DNA from: a virus
Lineage: Duplodnaviria; Caudoviricetes
Virus record (IMG/VR): IMGVR_UViG_3300012942_001479
Span: 1 to 43,033 of that record
DNA: 43,033 nt
Reading direction: 5' to 3' (one strand)
The notes beneath the pieces are model-generated. The model was not told where the DNA came from. It saw only the letters and a list, made by a program, of their open reading frames with translations, and searched no databases. The first letter of the stretch is position 1. Each line of letters begins with the position of its first letter. Positions 17,765-26,176 of this stretch are shown here, piece by piece. Position numbers and translations under genes: made by a program.

Positions 17765-19322
17765 ACAGGACATCACGCTGGCCGACGAGGTAGCGCGGTT
17801 CTACGCGGACCCGCTGGGGTTCGTGCTCTTTGCCTACGAGTGGGACACGGACCCGGCCCTGCAGGTCTGCAAGCTGCCTGAACCCTGGTCGTTCATCTAC
17901 AACTGCGAATACGGCCCCGACAAGTGGGCCTGCGAGCTGCTAGACCGCGTGGGCGAACAGGTGCGGGCCAATGGCTTCAACGGTGTGCAGGCCGTCCAGC
18001 CCATCCGCGAAGCGGTGGCCAGTGGTCACGGTATCGGCAAGTCGGCCATCACGGCCTGGCTGGTGGACTGGATCATGAGCACCAGGCCCTACGCCAAAGG
18101 CACCGTCACCGCCACCACCGCTCCGCAGCTCGAAGCCAAGACCTGGGCGGAAATCGCCAAGTGGACGAAGAAGTGCATCACCGGCCACTGGTTCGATGTC
18201 AGCACCGGTCGCGGGTCCATGCGCATGTCGCACAAGGAAAGCCCCGAAGCCTGGTTCTGCACAGCCCAGACCTGCCGCGAAGAGAACTCCGAGGCCTTCG
18301 CCGGACAGCACGCAGCGAACTCCACGTCGTTCTACATTTTCGATGAAGCGTCCGGTGTGCCGGACACGATCTGGGAGGTGGCCGAGGGCGGCCTGACGGA
18401 CGGCGAACCCATGTTCTTCGCCTTCGGCAACCCGACCCAGAACAGCGGCAAGTTCTACGACTGCTTCCACGCCCAGCGCCACCGCTGGGGGCGGCGTCAG
18501 ATCGACAGCCGCGAAGTGCAGATCAGCAACAAGGCCACGATTGCCGAATGGGTGCAGGACTACGGCGAAACGTCCGACTTCGTGAAGGTCCGCGTGCGGG
18601 GCATGTTCCCGTCGATGTCGGCCAAGCAGTTCATCAGCGTGGCGGACGTGGACGCCGCCTTCGGGCGCCACCTGCGCAAGGACCAGTACTGGTTCGCGCC
18701 GAAGATCCTGACCTGTGATCCGGCCTGGGAAGGCGACGACGAGCTGGTCATCGGGCTGCGCCAGGGGCTGCGCTTCGATGTGCTGCGCGTCATCCCGAAG
18801 AACGACAACGATGTGCAGATTGCGAACCTGCTGGCGGTCCTCGAAGACGAGCACGGCGCCGATGCGGTCATCATCGACTTCGGCTATGGCACCGGGATCT
18901 ACAGCGCCGGGCAGACCATGGGCCGCGACTGGCTGCTGGCCGACTTCGGCAGCGCCAGCCCGGACCCTGGGTGCCTGAACTTGCGGGCGTACATGTGGCG
19001 TGAAATGCGCGACTGGCTCAAGGCTGGGGGTGCGATCCCCGGCGACAAGGTGCTGTACGCGGACCTGATCGCCCCGAACACCGTGCCGCGTGCGGACGGC
19101 GCCATCCAGCTCGAAGCGAAGAAGGACATGAAGCGGCGCAACCTGCCGTCACCCAACCGGGCCGATGCGCTGGCGCTGTCTTTCGCGTTCCCCGTGACAC
19201 GCAAGCAGCGCCTGGCAACGCCCAGCCCAGCCGCCATTCGCGGACACGATCCGTATGCGGCAGTATCTGCCCGTGGCCTTGAGGGCGCACCGGTTGAGCA
19301 CAATCCCTACGAAAACCTGTAG
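17751..19322 (+). CDS. terL: Terminase large subunit
   Basis: Walker A SGHGIGKS, Walker B IFDEAS, FGNP coupling motif, nuclease motifs CDPA and SPNRADAL. Confidence 0.95.
   Translation: MATSEQDITLADEVARFYADPLGFVLFAYEWDTDPALQVCKLPEPWSFIYNCEYGPDKWACELLDRVGEQVRANGFNGVQAVQPIREAVASGHGIGKSAITAWLVDWIMSTRPYAKGTVTATTAPQLEAKTWAEIAKWTKKCITGHWFDVSTGRGSMRMSHKESPEAWFCTAQTCREENSEAFAGQHAANSTSFYIFDEASGVPDTIWEVAEGGLTDGEPMFFAFGNPTQNSGKFYDCFHAQRHRWGRRQIDSREVQISNKATIAEWVQDYGETSDFVKVRVRGMFPSMSAKQFISVADVDAAFGRHLRKDQYWFAPKILTCDPAWEGDDELVIGLRQGLRFDVLRVIPKNDNDVQIANLLAVLEDEHGADAVIIDFGYGTGIYSAGQTMGRDWLLADFGSASPDPGCLNLRAYMWREMRDWLKAGGAIPGDKVLYADLIAPNTVPRADGAIQLEAKKDMKRRNLPSPNRADALALSFAFPVTRKQRLATPSPAAIRGHDPYAAVSARGLEGAPVEHNPYENL
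19271..19304 (+). promoter_or_regulatory. Late promoter motif copy 2: CCGTGGCCTTGA-N16-CACAAT (inside the terL 3' end)
   Basis: Exact motif upstream of the GNAT/portal block. Confidence 0.75.
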
Positions 19323-19327
19323 GAGCA

Positions 19328-19804
19328 TTGCCCGTGACCGAAGTGCGTCTCGTCACCCCTGACGAGTTTCTTGCCTGCGCGAACTACCAGGCGCTGTTTG
19401 CCGAGTACGCGGCTGAGTCCAGCACGGAAGGGCTACCCGCCCCCCAGCCGGACATGGCGCTGTACCGTGCGCTGCATGCAAGCGGCTGCATGCACACGCT
19501 GGCCGCCTTCCAGGGCGACACGCTGATCGGCTTCCTCGTGATGTTGGCGCACCGGAATCCGCACTACGGGATCACGCTGGCCGTGGCCGAAAGCCTATTC
19601 GTGGCCGCCGCCCACCGTGCAGGTGGTGCGGGGCTGCGTCTCATGCGCGAAGCGGAAGACCTGGGCGCCCGGCTGGGCGCCGCTGGCATTTTCCTGAGCG
19701 CTCCCGCTGGGGGCAAGCTCGAACGGATGATGCAGGCCTCGTCCGCGTATCGGCACAGCAACACCGTCTTCTTCCGCTCCTTGCAGGGAGTGGGCCATGG
19801 CTGA
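19328..19804 (+). CDS. GNAT-family acetyltransferase
   Basis: LFVAAAHRAGGAGLRLM acetyl-CoA-binding motif; AGGAG RBS (start may be GTG at 19334). Confidence 0.85.
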   Translation: MPVTEVRLVTPDEFLACANYQALFAEYAAESSTEGLPAPQPDMALYRALHASGCMHTLAAFQGDTLIGFLVMLAHRNPHYGITLAVAESLFVAAAHRAGGAGLRLMREAEDLGARLGAAGIFLSAPAGGKLERMMQASSAYRHSNTVFFRSLQGVGHG

Positions 19805-20255
19805 GCTTGCCACCCTGGGCCAGACCCTGCCAGCGTCGTCGCCTCGTGCGAAGGCGCTGGTGGATGCGCTTGAAGCGCGGTGCCTTGAGCAGCCGCAGCC
19901 GCGCATTCTCACCCACCACGTTCTGCACGGCGGCATCTACACCCGAACGATGTGCCTGCCTGCCGGGCATGTGCTCACGTCCACGCTGGTGAAGATCCCC
20001 ACCACGCTCACGGTCTGCGGCGATGCCGCCGTGGTGGTGGGTGACGGCGAAGTGTTCCGCGTGCAGGGCTACCAGGTGCTGGCCGCGTGCCGTGGCCGTC
20101 AGGTGGCATACCGCGCTTACGCCGACACCTGGATGTCCATGGCTTTCGTCACGAAGGCCCACACGGTCGAGGAAGCCGAAGCCGAATTCACCGATGAACC
20201 TGAGCGCTTGATGTCGCGCTTCGGGGAAAACATCGTCGTCAACACAGGAGAATAA
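19797..20255 (+). CDS. Conserved phage protein (cupin-like beta fold)
   Basis: HGGIYTRT...PAG...G pattern; sits next to the GNAT gene in the late operon. Confidence 0.7.
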   Translation: MAELATLGQTLPASSPRAKALVDALEARCLEQPQPRILTHHVLHGGIYTRTMCLPAGHVLTSTLVKIPTTLTVCGDAAVVVGDGEVFRVQGYQVLAACRGRQVAYRAYADTWMSMAFVTKAHTVEEAEAEFTDEPERLMSRFGENIVVNTGE

Positions 20256-20257
20256 TC

Positions 20258-20572
20258 ATGTCTGGTGCCGTATCGATTGGGACCGCCGTGGCTGTGGGCG
20301 CTGCCGCTGCTGGCGCCGTGGCCGTCGGCTCGGGGATGCTCAGTAGCAAGCCCGAAGCCCCGAAAATGCCCGCAATGCCCGCCGCTCCGACGCCGCCCCC
20401 CGTCGTTCAGCAGACGCAAACCCCTGACGAACAGGCAAGGCGCAATCAGCAAGGCGCGGCCAGCGCTGGCGGGCCGATGGGCGCGGGCAACTCGTCCACG
20501 CTGCTGACCGGCGCCGGGGGCGTCCAGCAAGGCGATTCCACGCTGGGCAAAAACACGCTGCTGGGTGGCTAA
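20258..20572 (+). CDS. Small virion protein upstream of the portal
   Basis: Pro-rich, STLLTG...GKNTLLGG C-terminus typical of podophage pre-portal proteins. Confidence 0.75.
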   Translation: MSGAVSIGTAVAVGAAAAGAVAVGSGMLSSKPEAPKMPAMPAAPTPPPVVQQTQTPDEQARRNQQGAASAGGPMGAGNSSTLLTGAGGVQQGDSTLGKNTLLGG

Positions 20573-22297
20573 ATGGCCTTCCCCGACATCCCTCTGAAGC
20601 AGCGCCTCATTGCGCGAAAAAGCGTGATGTGGCAGGAACGGTCCACCTGGATCAAGCGGTACCGCGACATCACGGACGTGCTGCTGCCCTACGCTGGCCG
20701 GTACTTCAACAGCGACCACAACAAGGGGGATCGGTCCTTCAACTCTATCTTCGATTCCACGGCCACCTGGGCCTTGGACATCATGAGTGCGGGCCTCATG
20801 TCGGGCATGACCAGTCCGGCCCGTCCCTGGTTCCAGCTTGCCACGCCCGACCGGGAGCTGATGGACTATCAGCCGGTGCGCCTGTGGCTGGACCAGACGG
20901 CGAAGCTCATGCGCGATATATACGCCAAGAGCAACACCTACAACGCGCTGCACACGATGTACGAGGAGCTGGGCGCCTTCGCCACGTCGGCCACCATCAT
21001 CGAACCGGACTTCGAGGACGTCATCCGCCACCAGGTCCTGACGGCGGGCGAATACGCGCTGGCGACCGACGACAAGGGCCGGGTGAATACGCTCGTGCGC
21101 GAGTTTCAAATGACTCTGCTGCAGGTGGTGGAAAAATTCGTCCTGCAGCCGGATGGTCGCTTCGACTGGTCGAAGGTATCGCCCACCATCAAAAACGCCT
21201 GGGACACGCACAAGAACCTGGACCAGTGGATCAGCGTGGTGCACTTCATCGGACCGCGCACCGACCGGGACATGACCAAGCAGGACGCCAAAAACATGCG
21301 TTTCGGGTCCTGGTACATGGAGCCGGGCCGGGCCAACGGGGACGAGGCCTTCCTGCGGGAGTCGGGCTATTCGCGCTTTCCGGCGCTGGCCCCTCGCTGG
21401 AACATCCGAGGCGGTGACATTTACGGCAACGGGCCATCGTTCCGGGCGCTGGGCGACATCCAGCAATTGCAGCAGGAACAACTGCGCAAGGGCCAGGCCA
21501 TCGACTTCAAGACCAAGCCGCCGATGCAGATCCCGGCGGATCGCAAGAATTCGCAGATCTCCATCCTGCCGGGCGGCCTGAGCTACATCCCCATGGGCCA
21601 GAATGCCCAGCCCGCTACGCCGTTGTTTGAATCGAACCTGGATATTTCCAGCCTGCTCGAAGACATCCAGGACGTGCGCGGGCGCATCAACCGCAATTTC
21701 TACGTCGATCTGTTCCTCATGATCTCGCAGGACAACCGGCGCACCCCGGCCACGGCCACGGAAATCGCTGAGCGGCACGAGGAAAAGCTGCTCATGCTGG
21801 GGCCGGTGCTCGAACGCATGCACAACGAGCTGCTGGCTCCGCAGATCGATCTGACCTTCGCCCGCATGGTCGCCACTGGCATCCTGCCACCGCCCCCGCG
21901 TGAACTGCAGGACGTGGAGCTGAAGGTGGAATTCATTTCGATCCTGGCCCAGGCCCAGAAGATGATCGGCCTGGGAAGTCTGGACCGTCTGCTGGGGACT
22001 GTGGCGCAGCTCGCCGGGGCCGATCCGTCTGTGCTGGACAAGATCGATTCCGACAAGGTGGTGGACCACTACGCAGAAATGCTGGGCGTGGACCCGACTG
22101 TCATGCGCTCCGACGAAGCCGTGGCGCAGATCCGCGATCAGCGTGCCCAGGCCGCCCAGGCCCAGGCCCAGGCCGCCGCCATCCCACCCATGGCTACGGC
22201 TGCGAAGGATCTGTCCCAGGCGGATATGGGCGGGAATAACGCACTGACCTCGATCATGGAAAAGCTGCAGGGCTACAACGCCCCGATGCCGCAATAG
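20573..22297 (+). CDS. Portal (head-to-tail connector)
   Basis: T7 gp8/Bbp21-like motifs: SGMTSPARPWF, YGNGP, TATEIAERHEEK..LGPVLER. Confidence 0.95.
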   Translation: MAFPDIPLKQRLIARKSVMWQERSTWIKRYRDITDVLLPYAGRYFNSDHNKGDRSFNSIFDSTATWALDIMSAGLMSGMTSPARPWFQLATPDRELMDYQPVRLWLDQTAKLMRDIYAKSNTYNALHTMYEELGAFATSATIIEPDFEDVIRHQVLTAGEYALATDDKGRVNTLVREFQMTLLQVVEKFVLQPDGRFDWSKVSPTIKNAWDTHKNLDQWISVVHFIGPRTDRDMTKQDAKNMRFGSWYMEPGRANGDEAFLRESGYSRFPALAPRWNIRGGDIYGNGPSFRALGDIQQLQQEQLRKGQAIDFKTKPPMQIPADRKNSQISILPGGLSYIPMGQNAQPATPLFESNLDISSLLEDIQDVRGRINRNFYVDLFLMISQDNRRTPATATEIAERHEEKLLMLGPVLERMHNELLAPQIDLTFARMVATGILPPPPRELQDVELKVEFISILAQAQKMIGLGSLDRLLGTVAQLAGADPSVLDKIDSDKVVDHYAEMLGVDPTVMRSDEAVAQIRDQRAQAAQAQAQAAAIPPMATAAKDLSQADMGGNNALTSIMEKLQGYNAPMPQ

Positions 22298-22306
22298 GAG
22301 AACGAA

Positions 22307-22639
22307 ATGCCGCTGGTTTCGATGAAGCTGAGCAACCAGGCCGCCTCGGCCTACAACTCACCCGTCGCCGCTGGCGATGCGCCGATGTACCCGTACGGTC
22401 TGACGGTGAATCTGAACGACGATTCCATGAAGAAGCTGGGCCTGGACAAGGCACCACCGGCCATCGGCACGCGCATGGTGCTTATGGCAACCGTGGAAGT
22501 CACCAGCGTGCGCAGCGAGAAAGAACACGACGGCGATGCACGCACGAGCGCCGACCTGCAGATCACCGAAATGGAGCTGCTGCCGGAACGCTCCCAGGCG
22601 GACCCGCGCAGCATGTACCCCAATTCGGACATGACGTGA
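22307..22639 (+). CDS. Head-associated protein (Bbp20-like)
   Basis: YPYGL.V.L and LQITEM motifs; AGGAG RBS. Confidence 0.75.
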   Translation: MPLVSMKLSNQAASAYNSPVAAGDAPMYPYGLTVNLNDDSMKKLGLDKAPPAIGTRMVLMATVEVTSVRSEKEHDGDARTSADLQITEMELLPERSQADPRSMYPNSDMT

Positions 22640-22643
22640 TACC

Positions 22644-22677
22644 CCGTGGCCTTGAGCTGCAGAAACCCGCTTACCTT
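22644..22677 (+). promoter_or_regulatory. Late promoter motif copy 3: CCGTGGCCTTGA-N16-TACCTT
   Basis: Intergenic, upstream of the scaffold/capsid block. Confidence 0.75.
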
Positions 22678-22685
22678 ATCGACCA

Positions 22686-23048
22686 ATGACTACCGAGTAC
22701 GACCCTCTTGATCTCGTCGGGCAGGCACGCGCTGAGGCTGATAAGGCCGAAGAGGAGCGACTTCTGAAGGGGATGGAGCGCAGCGATCTCTGTGTGGTTA
22801 TGGGAAGCAAGGAGGGCCGCAGGTTCATGTGGCGACTTCTTGGACTGACAGGTGTTTACCGATCCAGTTTCAACGAGAACGCAGCCATCACGGCCTTCAA
22901 CGAGGGGGCCAGAAACATCGGGCTGATTCTCACGGACCAGATCATGGACGCATGCCAGAACCGTTACACCGACATGCTTCGAGAGCACAAGGAAGCGCGA
23001 GAACGACATGAGCAACGAAACGCCGACCGACGCAACACCGACCGATAG
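22686..23048 (+). CDS. Bbp19-like phage protein
   Basis: EGRRFMWRLL...TAFNEGARNIG motif. Confidence 0.8.
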   Translation: MTTEYDPLDLVGQARAEADKAEEERLLKGMERSDLCVVMGSKEGRRFMWRLLGLTGVYRSSFNENAAITAFNEGARNIGLILTDQIMDACQNRYTDMLREHKEARERHEQRNADRRNTDR

Positions 23049-23718
23049 CCAGGCGCCCGCCACCACTACGCCAGCGGCGCCCGCCGACGGCGCAGCGGCA
23101 CAGGGAACTGGCGTCACGCCTGCAGCAGCGCCCGCCGACGGTGGCACTCTGCTGGGTGGTCAGCCCCCTGCGGACGGTAAACCGGCAACCCCCGCCGTGC
23201 CTGCAGACCAGGCACCCGAGGATGGGAAACCAGCGGACGGAAAACCGACCGAACCCGTTTCGTACGACGACCTGCAAGCCCCTGAAGGCACCACGTTCAA
23301 CGCTCAGGCGCTGGGCGACTTCAAGGCCCTGGCGAAGGACATGGGCTTGTCCAAGGACAACGCGCAAAAGCTGGCGAACCTGGGCGTGCAGGCAGTGCAA
23401 GCGCACCAGGCTGAAATGGCTGAGGCTATTCAGCAAGAGCAGGCGAAGTGGGAAGCCACGTCGCGTGCTGACAAGGAATTCGGCGGCGACAAGCTGGACG
23501 AAAGCCTGAGCCTTGCGAATCACGCCCTGGCGACCTTCGCCACGCCGGAAATGCTCACCCTGCTCAAAGAAAGCAAGCTCGGAAACCACCCTGAATTCAT
23601 CCGCACCTTCGTCCGCGTCGGGCGGGCCATCAGCGAGGACAGCCTCGTGAAAGGCACGACCAAACCGGCGGTGAAGGACGCTCGCAACTTCTACCCGAAT
23701 TCTCACCATTCTGCCTAA
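23008..23718 (+). CDS. Capsid scaffolding protein
   Basis: Low-complexity N-terminus, DKEFGG and GNHPEFIR motifs; directly upstream of the capsid gene. Confidence 0.85.
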   Translation: MSNETPTDATPTDSQAPATTTPAAPADGAAAQGTGVTPAAAPADGGTLLGGQPPADGKPATPAVPADQAPEDGKPADGKPTEPVSYDDLQAPEGTTFNAQALGDFKALAKDMGLSKDNAQKLANLGVQAVQAHQAEMAEAIQQEQAKWEATSRADKEFGGDKLDESLSLANHALATFATPEMLTLLKESKLGNHPEFIRTFVRVGRAISEDSLVKGTTKPAVKDARNFYPNSHHSA

Positions 23719-23730
23719 GGAGCACCCATC

Positions 23731-24735
23731 ATGGGCGTACTTGCTACCACTCACCCCACTCTGCTCGACATCAAGAACCGCCTGGACCCGAACGGCCAGG
23801 TGGCGCAGGTGATCGAAATGCTGAACCAGACCAATGAAATCCTGGATGATGCGGTCTGGATCGAGGCCAACGAACTGACCGGGCACACCACCAGCGTGCG
23901 TACCGGTATCCCTGAGCCGACCTGGCGCAAGCTGTACGGCGGCGTGCAGCCGACCAAGACCACCAGCGTCAAGGTGCGCGAAGGTCTGGGCATGCTGGAA
24001 AACTACGCCGAAGTGGACAAGGCCCTGGCCGACCTGAACGGCAACTCTGCCGCCTGGCGTCTGTCGGAAGAGTCCGGGATCATCGAAGGCTTCGGGCAAA
24101 AGCTGGCCCGGTACATGATCTACGGCAACGAGGCCACGGAACCGGAAGGCTTCACCGGCCTGGCGCCGCGCTTCAACCTGAAGAGCGCCGTGAACGGGGC
24201 CAACATCCTCACGTCTGCGGCCACGCCTGACAACAACGACAACACGTCCATTTGGGTCGTGGGCTGGGGTCCGAACACCGTGCACATGATCTACCCGAAG
24301 GGTTCGCAGGCAGGCCTGCAGATCGCCGACAAGGGCCAGGTCACGATTGAAGACGTGACGGGCAACAACGGCGGGCGCATGGAAGCCTACCGCACCCACT
24401 ACAAGTGGGACGCGGGCATGGCGGTGCGCGATTGGCGCTATGTCGTGCGCCTGAACTTCGACCTGGAAGACATCACTTCCGATGGCAAAACCGGGCCGAT
24501 CCTGCGCGACATGCTGGCGAAGGCCATGCGCCGCATTCCGAACTTGAACAACTGCCGCCCGGCCATCTACATGAACCGGGACGCGCTGGATGCGTTCGAC
24601 CTGCAAATGAACCGCGATCCGCTGCTGTCGTTCAAGACCCAGGAAGACGCTCAGGGCAAGTTCGTCACGACGTTCCGCCAGGTGCCGATTCGCCGCGTGG
24701 ATCAGATTCTGTCCACCGAGGCGGGCGTCAACTAA
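23731..24735 (+). CDS. Major capsid protein (Bbp17-like)
   Basis: IEMLNQTNEIL, RTGIP...WR, EVDKALAD, FTGLAPRF, VRDWRY motifs. Confidence 0.93.
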   Translation: MGVLATTHPTLLDIKNRLDPNGQVAQVIEMLNQTNEILDDAVWIEANELTGHTTSVRTGIPEPTWRKLYGGVQPTKTTSVKVREGLGMLENYAEVDKALADLNGNSAAWRLSEESGIIEGFGQKLARYMIYGNEATEPEGFTGLAPRFNLKSAVNGANILTSAATPDNNDNTSIWVVGWGPNTVHMIYPKGSQAGLQIADKGQVTIEDVTGNNGGRMEAYRTHYKWDAGMAVRDWRYVVRLNFDLEDITSDGKTGPILRDMLAKAMRRIPNLNNCRPAIYMNRDALDAFDLQMNRDPLLSFKTQEDAQGKFVTTFRQVPIRRVDQILSTEAGVN

Positions 24736-24771
24736 GCGGGCGCGGACCAAGAACTCAAGGAGAATCGAATC

Positions 24772-25236
24772 ATGATTATCGACAAGCGCAATGAATTCGC
24801 CGACGCCCTGGCCCTGAACACCGGGGGCGCCGGTACCTACCTGCTGGGGGACGTGATCGACACGGACCCGGCGGCCATCGCCCCGAACGATACGGTGGAC
24901 CTGCAGGGGTCTGAACTGTTCCTGGTGGTGCAGGTGGACACCACGGCGACCTCCGGCGGGGCGGCCACGCTGCAGATCAAGCTGGTGTCCGACGCCCAGG
25001 CCGCCATTGCCACGGACGGCTCCGCGACCGAACACATCGGGCTGCAAGCTGTGGCTGTCGCCAATCTGACGGCGGGCAAGGTGATCGGTTGCGTCAAACT
25101 GCCTTCGGGCAGCTACGAACGCTACCTGGGCATCCTGCAGATCACTGGCACGGCGGCTTTCACGGCGGGCAAGATCAACGCCTTCCTGACCTCCGATCCT
25201 GCGATCTGGCGGCCCTACGCGGATAACGTGGACTGA
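24772..25236 (+). CDS. Capsid cement protein (Bbp16-like)
   Basis: MIID start, GGAATLQ, RYLG and TAGKINAFL motifs; follows the capsid gene. Confidence 0.85.
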   Translation: MIIDKRNEFADALALNTGGAGTYLLGDVIDTDPAAIAPNDTVDLQGSELFLVVQVDTTATSGGAATLQIKLVSDAQAAIATDGSATEHIGLQAVAVANLTAGKVIGCVKLPSGSYERYLGILQITGTAAFTAGKINAFLTSDPAIWRPYADNVD

Positions 25237-25247
25237 GGGGGCACGCG

Positions 25248-25505
25248 ATGACTGACAAAGAGCAAACCGTCACCCTGGTGGCCGTCGAACGGGGCTTTCG
25301 CAACGGGCAACTGGTCGAGCCGGGGGCGACTTTTCCGTACCCTGCCGACGCGAAGCCCCCGAAGTGGGCGGCCAAGCAAGGCGACCCGCGCCTCGCCCAG
25401 GCGGCCAAGCCCGTCACGGCGGCTGACCTGAAACCGCAAGCAGCCCAGAAGGCTGTGAAGACCAAGGCGGCGGCGCTGACCGGGGACGGTTCCGATCTGG
25501 TTTAA
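25248..25505 (+). CDS. Hypothetical virion-associated protein
   Basis: GAGGGGG RBS; in the late operon. Confidence 0.7.
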   Translation: MTDKEQTVTLVAVERGFRNGQLVEPGATFPYPADAKPPKWAAKQGDPRLAQAAKPVTAADLKPQAAQKAVKTKAAALTGDGSDLV

Positions 25506-25526
25506 GCCTGATCTGGCGATCCAGTA

Positions 25527-25559
25527 GGGGCGGGGTGAGCAATCGTCCCGCCCCATTTT
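25527..25559 (+). terminator. Intrinsic terminator after the capsid genes
   Basis: GGGGCGGGGTGA-GCAA-TCGTCCCGCCCC stem with G:U pairs and GNRA loop, followed by ATTTT. Confidence 0.75.
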
Positions 25560-25573
25560 CGTAGGGGCCTGCA

Positions 25574-26176
25574 GTGGCGTCAAAAATCGACATTTGGAAT
25601 CTCGCGCTGTCCCATGTGGGGGCGTCCGCCACCATTGCGGACCCCAACGAGCAGGGGGTGGCGGCCAATCACTGCCGCCGGTTCTATCCGGTGGCCCTGG
25701 GCTGCACGCTGGAACGGCATTCGTGGAGCTTCGCCACCCGCCGGGTGCACCTGGCCCCTACCACCAACCAGGTCGGGCACTGGATGTTCGCCTATGTCCT
25801 GCCTATCCGGTGCGTTCGGGCGCGGGCAGTGCTGCCCCCTGGCGCCGCCGACGATACGCAGGAGCAGCCCTACAGCATCGAAAGTCTGGATTCAGGCGTC
25901 GGGGTCATCTACAGCAACACCGAACAGGCCGTGCTGAAGTACACCGCCCTGGTTGAGGATGTCAGCAAGTTCACGCCGTTCTTCACGCTGGCGCTGTCCT
26001 ACGACCTGGCGGCCATGCTGGTCGGGCCGATGTCCAAAGACGAGCGCATGAAGGCGCGGCTGCTGCAAAGCGTCCAGTATTACATCGCTCAGGCCCAGGC
26101 CCAGGATGCCAATTCATCCATGAGCACGGCCTACCGGGATTTCATGCCCTCCCACCTGGCGGCACGCAATGGCTAG
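25574..26176 (+). CDS. Tail tubular protein A / adaptor
   Basis: IWNLALSHVG and HSWSFAT motifs, T7 gp11-like. Confidence 0.85.
   Translation: MASKIDIWNLALSHVGASATIADPNEQGVAANHCRRFYPVALGCTLERHSWSFATRRVHLAPTTNQVGHWMFAYVLPIRCVRARAVLPPGAADDTQEQPYSIESLDSGVGVIYSNTEQAVLKYTALVEDVSKFTPFFTLALSYDLAAMLVGPMSKDERMKARLLQSVQYYIAQAQAQDANSSMSTAYRDFMPSHLAARNG

Noticed and set aside
20117-25047. Long antisense ORFs (725 aa and 701 aa) and similar shadow ORFs elsewhere
   Set aside because: They mirror well-supported genes in GC-rich DNA with biased codons and show no recognisable motifs.
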